From contig NC_042997.1 in the NCBI RefSeq assembly GCF_006345805.1, forward strand, positions 207,886,001-207,950,000: a DNA stretch of 64,000 nt. Reading direction: 5' to 3'. A program made the translations under genes and the position numbers. Every line of letters starts with the position of its first letter. Positions within the stretch are counted from its first letter, which is position 1. The DNA comes from Octopus sinensis. Taxonomy: Eukaryota. The notes under the pieces were generated by a model that ran no database searches, was not told where the DNA came from, and was given only the letters and a program-made list of their open reading frames with translations. Of the stretch, positions 1 to 11,085 are shown in pieces.

Positions 1-1179
1 CACCCAAAATCTGACATAGAAAGGCTATATATACAATGTATAGGAGGTGGTAGAGGCTTATACAGCTGGAAAACTATTATAAAATAGCCACCATAGGACT
101 GCAAAAATACCTACTTCAGAAGCAAGGAAAACTGATACAAATAGCGGAAAAAACACGAGCAAAACAAAAAACTGTTCTCAGTATTTAAGGAAGCTGACAA
201 ATACAAACAAGAAATCATACCATCTAACAAATATGAAGAAGAAGAAGAAACAACAAAAGCTATAAAGCAAATGAAATCAAAACTAAAACTAGAACAGCAA
301 CGGACCATGATAAAACGATGGCAAGAAAAGCCTCTTCATGGCAAATACTGGACTAAACTAAATGCAAAAGAAATAGACAAAGAAAAATCCCAACAATGGT
401 TGAGAAGCTCAGGAATCAAAGCAGAGACAGAGGGATTTTTAATTGCAGCACAAGACCAAAGCCTCCCCACCAGAAATTACCAAAAACATGTAATGAAAAG
501 AAATATAACAAGTAACTGCAGAATATGTGGAGACGGACAAGAAACAATAAATCATATTATCTCTGGCTGCCCAGTCCTGGCTGAGAAGAATATATTCACA
601 GACATGACAGAGTTGGAACCTACATACACTGGAAGCTATGCCAACATTATGGAATAACAACAGAAAAAAGATGGTATAGGCACCTGTCAGAAAAGGTCAC
701 AGAAAACGAGAAAGCAACCATACTCTGGGATTTGCCAATACACACAGATAGAGAAATTAAGGCCAACAGACCAGATATAGTTGTCAGAGATCATGAAGAA
801 AAAAAATGTTTTCTAATTGATGTATCAATACCAGCAGATGACAACGTGTCTCTAAAAGAAATGGAGAAACTTTCAAAATACAAAGATCTGGAAATAGAGG
901 TAACCAGAATGTGGAATCTAAAAGCAGAAACAATTCCTATCATAGTAGGTGCATTAGGCATGATAAAAAAATATTCAGACAAATACATAACAAAAACACT
1001 AGGACTTACAAACACATATAACATACAGAAAATTGCACTACTAGGCACTGCACACATCCTATGCAAAACACTTTCAATACAATAACCATCAGAGTATCAC
1101 AACAATTCACAGCACATACCCAAGGCACACAGAGCTGCGCTCGGTAGTGAAGTGAAAGCACGATATAAAAAATATACTA

Positions 1180-1182
<3 letters not shown>
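1..1182 (+). mobile_element. R4/Dong-clade non-LTR retrotransposon, 3' fragment (CCHC finger and restriction-like endonuclease)
   Basis: KPLHGKYW, CRICGDGQETINHIISGC and RPDIVVRD...CFLIDVSIP...KLSKYKDL; frameshifted; the 3' UTR runs into (AAT)n. Confidence 0.9.
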
Positions 1183-1230
<48 letters not shown>

Positions 1231-1252
1231 TATAATTATAATAATAGTAATA
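1183..1252. repeat. (AAT)n microsatellite
   Basis: Direct reading. Confidence 0.95.
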
Positions 1253-2190
1253 AACATGAAAGACCGAAAAAACTTCACTCTATTCTCAACGAGAACAAAA
1301 AATTTGCCACTGATCTCTTAGATACCCACCAGATTGACCAAGTTGCAGGAAATGTGCCAACTGCTGCTGCAAAGAAAATAAGATTAATTGCAAAGACAAA
1401 AGTACATGAAAAATTAGCTAGCAGGTGGGAACAGAAACCTCTCCATGGCAAGTATGTGGCCCATAGCAAACAAGCTGATGTCAACCAGAAACAGATGCAA
1501 CAATGGCTATGAAATTCAGGGCTAAAAGAAGAGAGTGAAGGTTTCATATTAGCTGCTCAAGACCAAAGCTTATTAACCCGGAACTATCAAGCCAATGTGA
1601 TAAAAAATGGAGCTGACCCAAAATGCCGATTCTGTAATGATGAGATTGAAACAATAGACCACCTAATCTCAGGGTGTAGAGTCTTGGCACCTGTAGAATA
1701 TAAAGCAAGACATTACAGAGTCGGCCAGTATTTACATTGGACAATATGTCGGTATTATAAAATCAAAACCGCTGACAAATGGTATAAACATCATCCTGAA
1801 GCTGTGACTGAGGGAGAAAATATGTCGATTCTATGGGACTTCCCCGTACAGATTGACAAAACGATAAAAGCTAATAAACTGGATATTATTATAAAAGATC
1901 AGACAAAAAAGATGTGTTTATTAATTGACATGAGTATTCCTTGCGATCACAATATAGCGGCGAAAGAATTTGACAAGATTAGTAAATATAAAGACCTGCT
2001 AATAGAAATTGAAAAATGTGGCATCTCAAGGCGACTACAGTACCAGTGATTGTAGGATCTCTAGGAATGATAAAAAAAGGTACTGAAACCTATTTGAAAA
2101 TGATACCAGGCTTACCATCCCTACAGGAAGTGCAAAAAATTGTATTAACTGGAACAGCTCATGTACTGAGAAGAGCATCATTGCTGTGAA
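1253..2190 (+). mobile_element. Second R4/Dong-type subfamily, 3' fragment (RLE domain)
   Basis: WEQKPLHGKY, CRFCNDEIETIDHLISGC and ILWDFPVQ...ANKLDIIIKD...LLIDMSIP; contains stops. Confidence 0.88.
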
Positions 2191-2314
2191 AATAACATCC
2201 ATCCATGAATTTATTTCATCATCATTCATTTAACGTCCGCTTTCCATGCTAGCATGGGTTATTTATTAATTTTTAAATACATATCTTATCTGTGAATTTG
2301 CATGTGCAATCTGG

Positions 2315-3760
2315 GCGTCTATGTTTAGTTAGTGTGTGTGTGGGGGGGGATGCCTGTAATATTTGTATCTTCTGTTTATATACGTTCATGTAATTTGGTT
2401 TTTTTTTTTTCATTTTTTTCATGTTTACATCCACTTATTATTATTATCATTATTATTATTATTATTACGTATGCTTGTATGTATGTATGTATAACAACAA
2501 TACTAGTAATAACAATAATAATAATAATAATAAAACATTAAAAAAAAAATTTTTAATTAAAAAATTTTTTAAATCTTTTAAATTAAAAAAAAACCTATAT
2601 AGCTATTTATTTCTATTTGTTCATTTATCTGTGTATTTTATTTATTATGTTTTCGGTTTTGTTTATACTGTAACCAGTTTATGGGGATCCTTTTCTGTCA
2701 TATGTTGTGGTGTGTGCTAGTGTTCCATTCCAGTTTCCTATTCAGGCTAGGTTTATCTTCTGTTATGTGTGTAGCTTCTGTAATTTGTCTGATTGTTGCA
2801 TCTGTTCTATTGTGGACAAGATTTTAACCTCTATTGTTGTTGATTGATCTCCTGTGTTTCTGCTCAGTGTGTTGGTAAATGTACATTTACCCACTCTCCT
2901 ATGCTTCGTGCTGTTTCCCCTACGTATGTTGTTGTCTTGTTACTGCATCGTCCCTCTATACATCTTATACTATAGACTACATTTCTGGCTTTACAGTTTG
3001 TTTGTGGGCTAAATCTACACACAGTACAGTATCTATCCGTACAGGGGGTTCTACTAAAAGGGGATCAATCAACAACAATAGAGGTTAAAATCTTGTCCAC
3101 AAATAGAACGGATGCAACAATCAGACAAATTACAGAAGCTACACACATAACAGAAGATAAACCTAGCCTGAATAGGAAACTGGAATGGAACACTAGCACA
3201 CACCACAACATATGACAGAAAAGGATCCCCATAAACTGGTTACAGTATAAACAAAACCGAAAACATAATAAATAAAATACACAGATAAATGAACAAATAG
3301 AAATAAATAACTATATAGGTTTTTTTTAAATTTAAAAGATTTAAAAAATTTTTTAAATTTATTATTTTTTTTAAATGTTTTAATATTATTATTATTGTTA
3401 TTACTAGTATTGTTGTTATACATACATACATACAAGCATACGTAATAATAATATAATAATGATAATAATAATAAGTGATGTAAACATGAACAAAATGAAA
3501 AAAAAAACAAATTACATGAACGTATATAAACAGAAGATACAAATATTACAGGCATCCCCCCCCACACACTAAATAAACATAAACGCACATAGAGATATAA
3601 GCATGCGCAAATGAAGACATACAATAGAAATACAAAATGGCTGATGGTTAGTAAGGAGAGACACAAATAAGAAAGAAGAAAGCAAAGGACCACTGATGCG
3701 GTCACAGGAGTGTGACGAAAGAACTCTGGCCGAAATAAGATTAAGATTAATGTAAAAAAT
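2315..3760. mobile_element. Penelope-like element 3' end (GIY-YIG) with an inverted pseudo-LTR copy
   Basis: Arms at about 2315-2850 and 3062-3576 are reverse complements. The minus strand of the spacer and left arm reads CTVCRFSPQTNCKARNVVYSIRC / YVGETARSIGE / RQITEATHITEDKPSLNRKLEW. A degenerate hammerhead-like motif lies at 3690-3729. Confidence 0.8.
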
Positions 3761-3917
3761 AAATAACACTGAAGCAAAGTAACACCAAATATATAGTGTG
3801 TGTGTTTTTATAGGCTAAACTGGCAAAATGACCATTCCTAAATATAACAATAATATAATCAGTGATGTTTAATAGAGAAGACACCATAATATTCATATCA
3901 ATAAACAAATTGTTTAC

Positions 3918-3972
3918 CTTTTGAATGAAATTCTTCACTTTCCTGTTTACTTAGGAGATATTCATCAAATTT
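3918..3972 (-). CDS. PARP14: PARP14-like 55-nt exon, terminal helix of macrodomain 2
   Basis: ttttgatttttacag|AAA acceptor and AAAG|GTAAAC donor; phase 0 to 1; [18 protein letters not shown] continues YPQDTEIAK as expected for the last macrodomain helix. Confidence 0.7.
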
Positions 3973-6900
3973 CTGTAAAAATCAAAACCATGATTATCAT
4001 TTTTGTTTAAGTTTTTGATTTTTTTTAAAGAGAAGAGATTTAATTTAACAAAAGACAAACAAAATATTTAAAATATTTAATGATTTATTTCTAATCAGTA
4101 ATAAGTAAATGAGGAAAATTACTTTTATCACTCAGATCAAAGATATTCCATCCATGGCCTTCCAGTCTACTGGGAGACATGGTATTATAGTGGATGTGGC
4201 AGAAAGACCTCTCACATGGCCACTGATGTGGTGTAGTGAAGTTAAACATGTGGCCATGGTGTATTCATGTAGCTGAAGTTGTATTGTTTCTTCTCTCCAC
4301 TCACCATTCTGATTAAAACTGCTGAGTCTTGTGTTTGCTGTTGAAATGTCTATCAAGAATGTTGAAGTTGAGGTTCTTTGGTGCATCTTGTGTCCCAAGA
4401 ATATTTGCGGCACAAAAGCAGAGTACAAGGTTATTATTTTCATATTGTAAGCAAGAAGGAGGAGGTGGAGGAGGTCCAACATCTCTCTTATGGTCATTCA
4501 TAAGAGAGATGACAAAGGAAAAGAGAAAAGATTCAAAAAGAATGAACTTCACAAACAGTTCTACAGTGGACAGGAATTTCCCCTATTTCTTTATTACAGC
4601 ATATGGACATAAAGAATGCCTTTTGGTATTAACACTGCTTCTGTTGCTATTAATTATCTTTAATAAGCCTTCAGGCTATTTGTGACATCAGTGTCTATAT
4701 ATCGTTGACACAGAGATTTGACTGTTATGTTGCTACAGGGCGTCTGTCACTGATGAACCTGAGCAGAGCGAAAATACGTGATCTGGCAGTTTTGGTGCCT
4801 GTAGCAGATGACTGACATCTACCAACAATATAAATATGAGTGCTTTTATGGACCGTGTGTCCATATGAGAGGGCCTCTCAAGGTAAATAAGGCAGTATTT
4901 GGTGTTCTAACACAACATCCACATTTAGTTGGACATAAGATTGCTTCTTGTTACTAATGCTGCTTCTGTTGCTATTACTTTTATTTCCTTGATTTAGGTT
5001 CAGTCCATCTGTCCGTCCATCAATCCATCGATCCATCCATCCATCAATCTGATTGGCTATTGTTTGCATCGTCTCACATAAGTTCATATATTTATGTATT
5101 TATGCATATATGTATATATTTTTGCCAGAAAGGTGCCTAACAACATCTGCTTGCTATGAGTGAAGCTTGCTTGAAAATTAGCCCATTAAGGGTGAATTTT
5201 CATATTGCAAAATCTTATCTCATAAACATTTTCATCTGTCTGGGAAACATACATGGACAGTGCAGCTAACACTATCAGCGTTCCTGTGTTCCAGTTAGAA
5301 GTGGAATTTCTACCATACCGACCACTTTGAAGAAAAAAGAAAACATTGATGCACTCACACACACACACACACACATATGAACAACAATACGCATAGTGAC
5401 ACAAGCTTTCCTTCCAAACAAATGGGAAGGGAAGGCAAAGAGATGAACGGTGCAACCACCTCTATTATCTCTCCTTTTACTACCACTGTTACAAAAACCA
5501 CTACCACCAGCAACACTACAGTTGACAGACCGAATAACTTTGCAGCTATTTTAAGACAAAAAAAGACAGTGAATGTCCTTCTCACAGAAGAACTACTACA
5601 ATGCAAAAAGTTATTAAACAAAGAAAATAGGAGTATAAACCTCAACACCCCAGAAAGCATTTTGCAGGACAAAATCTAAAATAAACAATAATATATAAAA
5701 CCCTAAACATAAAGATTAAAAAACTAGAACAAGCCACTCAACAAACAGTAAAGAACTGTCTACGGCCCGTATGGGCTTATGAAACATATATCACAAGGGG
5801 CAAAAGATTTACCACCATCCAGGTAGGATTTGACATGGAGGAGCGCATGAAAGGTTTCTCAGGGAAATTCCTCAAATGAGAGGACTTGATAATGATTCCC
5901 ACTTACCTTGGTTGTCGGGTGATGAAGGTGAGACACAAAGATGTCCCCTCTGAGATACAAATAAGATGGCTGGTGTCAGCTGTCAGTTATGATTTTGAAG
6001 AAAATTTAAACATATTTAAAATTGCTGTCCTGGAACAGCAAAACTGGGTTGGATGAGGGGTGGAGCTTGTAATCCAAACAAATAAGGAGACAATTGAAAT
6101 TCTCCCAGATTTAATAAAGCTACCAGATGGCATGAACCTAAATGTCACCTTTGAGGGCAGAAGGCCACGTTGCTACCTTTGTGGTAGCAAACACCATTTA
6201 AAAATTGACTACAAATTGGCAAAACAACAACAACAACAAGACCAGAGTACCAAGAGCAAACCAGCACAATTACCCACATGACCATCAACACAAAAAATGA
6301 AACAGCTCTTTATTTATCTATACCTTTATCTATATGAAACAGCTCCACAAACAGATGAAAGAACTCCACAAAACAACCCACCGACTTAACCAACCTAAGC
6401 AGTCAATGCCGCCTCTCTACCCCAATGCAGAAGAGAGATTTCAAAAATATCTCCCGGAAAAACTATATAAAAACCTCCTGACAGAAACGTCTAAGGAGGA
6501 AAGCAACCAACTTTCAAACAGTAAGTGACTCTCTCTCTCTCTCCCTCCTTTTTCTTTTTGTCCCTGAGTGTAAAACACAAGTTTCGTTAATGTCATGTTC
6601 AAAATAGGTAGTGCAAATGTGCATAGCTTGGTATCCCTTTGGAAACAAGGTTACCTGTTAAATGAGATCAAATCACAAAATGTAGATATCATAGCTATTG
6701 GCGAGACCAGACTCCACAACCCATGGGCCCTCGACCCCATGTTTGCCAGACAATTTGACGTTTATTTTTCTCTGTGTCTGCCAAGAATGGGCAGCGGTGG
6801 TACTATGGTGCCTTTTCAAAAGAGTCTGAATCTGAAAGTAAGGGCAATATTCCCTGACCCAGAGGGTAGGCTGGTTGTCTTGGATGCCCATAGCAGTTAT

Positions 6901-9900
6901 GGGTGTGCTTTTCGACTGGTGGCAGTATATGCACCGTCCTTATCAGGTTGGCCAGATTTCTTTCAATGTCTACAGGTTTTCCTGAGTATGTCTCAACTTT
7001 TACTTTTAGTGGGGGATTGGAACACTATCTTGGATATGTGTCAAAGACCTTCTCAGATGTTTCCAACTGTCTGACAGGTACCGACAGGTTGGCCCTCAAC
7101 TAACACTTCAATGTCAAACACAAAGGGTGCGTTGGCAGGGCTAGGATGTGTGCTCTAAGAAACGAAGGTGTTGGAGCTGTGCAAGAGGCCCAGGTGGCAG
7201 AGGGCAACAGGGCAACAAAGCCACCATTCGGTCTCTGATGGATGAACATGGGTGCAAATTACTCGAGCCCAGTAAAATGTGTGATGCCTTTCAGCAGTAC
7301 TTTACCTGACTGTTTGGGATATGTGGTGAGTCATAACACAGTATAGACTTTAGTGCCTATCTGCATGTCCTGCCACAACTCTCGGAAAGAGAAGCAGAGT
7401 GTTGTGAAGGTTTCATCACAGCTGCTGATGTACAGAATTTGATGGCAGGCTGCGTGAGAGACATGTTGGTGGGCTTGGGTGGTCTGCCCTACATGCTTGT
7501 AGCATGGCTCGGTGATATCCTCACTGTTTGAGAGAGATCATAGAAATGATGTCGTGTTAGATAGCAGCCAGCCTACGGCTACATGGAACTGGTTGTGTCC
7601 ACTGCCCTGATTGGTTGGTTTTGATGCAGTCTTATTTCGTGCCAGTGTGTAAACCAACCAATCACGGCCTTTGGATAGGGTCCCATGACACAGTCTTTTG
7701 GGTTTTCACTCTTGCTTTAAAAGACGTCATCAATTCACTATATCTCGTCTTTGGTCTTCAACCACTGACCACAACCAGACCAGCCAGTTCCCACGACTCA
7801 ACCAGTTCCAGCGACTTCAGCCACGTTCTTGTGATGACACCAACATGCAGTATCTCAGGAGGTTTTCCACCACCGTCGCCTTTAAGGTGACCGTGCATCA
7901 TTTAAAAAGAGACATTTCTGTCACCATCTCCTTTACGTATGGTTGTCACTACATTCTTTATTGTCATATGCCAGACTTGTTTGGGGATCTCTACTGCAAT
8001 TGGCAGCAAAATGGGAGTACCCTGAGTTTTGTGAACTGAGGAGCAGTGACACTGCTAAAGAAAGACCCAAACAAGGGGGATGTTATACATAATTTCAGGT
8101 CCATCACTCTGTTCAATGCAGATTTGAAAATTTTGGCCAAAGTGCAAGCCAAGAGGTTGGCATTTGTCATGGAGAAACTGGTCAACAAGGCACAAACATG
8201 CACCATGCCAGGCAAAAGCATCCATGATAACCTCCACTCGTGCGCTACATCACAGACAGGGTAGTTATGGAAACTGGCATGGGTGGGGCACTGATCAATT
8301 TGGATCAATCAAAAGTTTTCAATAGGCTCAGCCATTGATACTTGGTGGCTGTTCTCAAGGCAGCTGGTTTCAGTTCTGTCATCCGTGGTTAGATTGCTGC
8401 TTTATACAGCGGCATCCACTCAGTAGTTCAAGTGAATGGCCATCTGTCCAAACCCTTTGACATTATGTTTTCGGTTTATCAGGGATGTCCCCTCTTGTCA
8501 CTTCTGTATGTATTGACTCTTGAGCCACTACTGTGGAAGCTGGTGATACTGAAGGGCATCCCACGAGAACTGGGATGCAGGATGAGTATGTTTGCATATG
8601 TAGATGATGTCACTGTCAATACTGTCAAGCCTTAGACCTATTGACTTGGTTGGCGAGACACTAAGGGAGTACGAATCAGTAATAGGAGATACAATTAACC
8701 AGGTTAAGTCAGTGGGTTTGGGTCTCAGCACCTGGAGAAGCAAACCATTGCCATCCAGCAGTGTCTTCACCATGAGACGCTTGACTGATGAACCAGTTAA
8801 ATTGCTTGGTGTTTGGTTTGGTCCTGAACTTCAAATGGAGAACTGGGATGAGATAATGAGAAGAGTGGTCACTCTCACCCAGCTATGGGCTGAGAGGAAG
8901 CTATCTCTAAAAGGTCGGGCTGAGGAGGAAAATGTGTACATCACATCAGTCATCTACTGCTGTCTGACCATCTTACCTTGTCCTGATGCTACCATCATGA
9001 AAATGGAATGCATACTCTTCCACTTTTTGTGGAAGGGAAATATTCCTATGGTCAGATGATCCATTTGCTGTCAGCACCTGCTAAATGGAGAGCTGGGTAT
9101 GCCATGGTTAATAATGTACAGACATGTGCTGAAACTGCAACATTTCCAGTGTTTAATTGACGATGGTGACCAGGTGTGGTCACCATTTGTGAGACATACC
9201 TTCCTGCAGCTCGTCTCTTTCATCATCGGAGACTGAGACTGGGCAAATGGCATCATGGGTGTTGCCTAGCTCCGGAACAGCTTTGCAGTCCAGGTATAAA
9301 TAACTTCAAATCCACTCAGGTGGTCTTTAGAGGACTAGTGGAGGGGAGGTACTATGCTTGGGGAGAATCTGGACATCGACAGGGAACACCTGACCTGCCT
9401 CTTCAGGACCACTTTCAGGCCAGGACCTATGGACAATTTCCAGAGATCCTTGGCCTGGCAGTGCTACCGGGAAGCATTGCCTGTTTGAGAGAAGGTCTAC
9501 AGACATGGTTCAAGAAACACTGAACCGACCTGCCTGAGATGCAGTCAGAATGATGAAACTGTTCTGAACACACTCATACAGTGTCCACATATTTGTCAGC
9601 TGAGTCTATCCTGAATATTGCCCTGTCACCTTCCATTTTACTGGGTGGGCAAGGCAGTTTTCGTCGTATTGGTGGCTATTGTGTGAAAGAATGTGTGTGG
9701 TGGACTCGTTTGAAAGGTTTAGAAACAAATACTTCCTCTCTGACCAATCTCTCATCAACTGTTTCAGGTATTACTTGAAAAAAAGGAAAGTAAGAGCAGA
9801 GAGGGAATTTGTCTAATGAAAGATTTAATAAAAGGTGGGTGAATGTAGCAAAAAGGTATGCATGAATGACGGAACCAATTTGAGCCTTAACTTGTAAAAC

Positions 9901-10193
9901 AAGAGAGAGAGGGCAATTTGCTCTCATAGAAATTTTCCTTTTGCTGAGGTTACCATGGTTATTTTTCATAGGATTTTCTTTCCATGGATAACTCTAGTCA
10001 GTGTTATATTTCTCCTCCTGTTGGGAATTCAAATTGTTAAGAAAAGATGCCACTTGTTATCTATTTCTGCACACGCCCCCCAAATGTGTTCTTTTTTCAA
10101 TCTCTTTTGATCAATTTTGCAAAAGAAAAAAATCTACATTGTATTGTTTCCTCTGTGTTAAGTCCTGTTTGACTAAATAAATCTATCTATCTA

Positions 10194-10231
<38 letters not shown>

Positions 10232-11053
10232 CCTACCTACATACCTATCTATCTATCTACCTACCTATCTATCTATCTATCTATCAATCTATCAATCTAT
10301 CTGTCTTTCTGTCTGTCCGTCTTTTCGTCCGTCCATCCATCCATTCATCCATCTATGTGTTGTTGTATCAGCTTTTAAGGTTGTAGCGTAGCTCAGTGAT
10401 ATCCTCACTGTTTGAGAGAAATCATAGAATGCTTGGGACCGGTTGTGTCTGCTGCCCTGATTGGTTGGTTTTGGTGCAGTTTCATTTTGCGCCTGTGTGT
10501 AAGCCAACCAATTAGAGCAGCGGACACACACAGTCCCAAGCAGCCATTGGCTGGCTGCTATCTAACACGACATCATTTCTATGATTTCTCTCAAACAGTG
10601 AGGATATCACTGAGTTATGCTACAAGGTAATCGCTTTTTCTACCGTTTATTGAATAAGTTTTGTTACATTTTCGTACGAGATGTGTAAGGCACCCAGCTT
10701 TCATCTGGGTGCATTCCAAGGGGGAATTTGCCCCTAGGGGCAATTTCAGCCCTATTTTAATATCTAATTTGCTTTCTCAAGTTTTATAAATGTCGAGAAA
10801 TCTATCTGTCATCTGACATTTTCGTGTCATCGGCATTTTTCATTGAACAAGCTTTGTCTACATTATTGCATTGGAGGTGTGTGAAGCACCAGCTTTTCAT
10901 TTGGGTAATTTTAAGGGTAGAATTGCCCCTAGGCGCAGTTTCAGAACTACTTTAGTATCCAGTCTCTTTCTCAATTTTATGGAGCGCTGGTTGGCATCCT
11001 TCATGAATGAAACATTTCCTAGCCTGGGAATGATGGAAGAAATAAAGAATGAA

Positions 11054-11085
<32 letters not shown>

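Noticed and set aside
3690-3729. Hammerhead-like motif next to the Penelope inverted arm
   Set aside because: The core reads CTGATGCG instead of CTGANGA and stem III is disrupted; used only as support for a PLE origin.
4132-4497. Minus-strand ORF ending LPVDWKAM, like the pre-catalytic PARP linker
   Set aside because: It is out of order relative to exon 3918-3972, has no convincing splice sites, and the plus strand is better explained as a LINE endonuclease remnant.
5186-5455. Minus-strand ORF with a possible acceptor near 5325
   Set aside because: No similarity to macro, WWE or PARP motifs and no matching donor; it starts in a (CA)n repeat.
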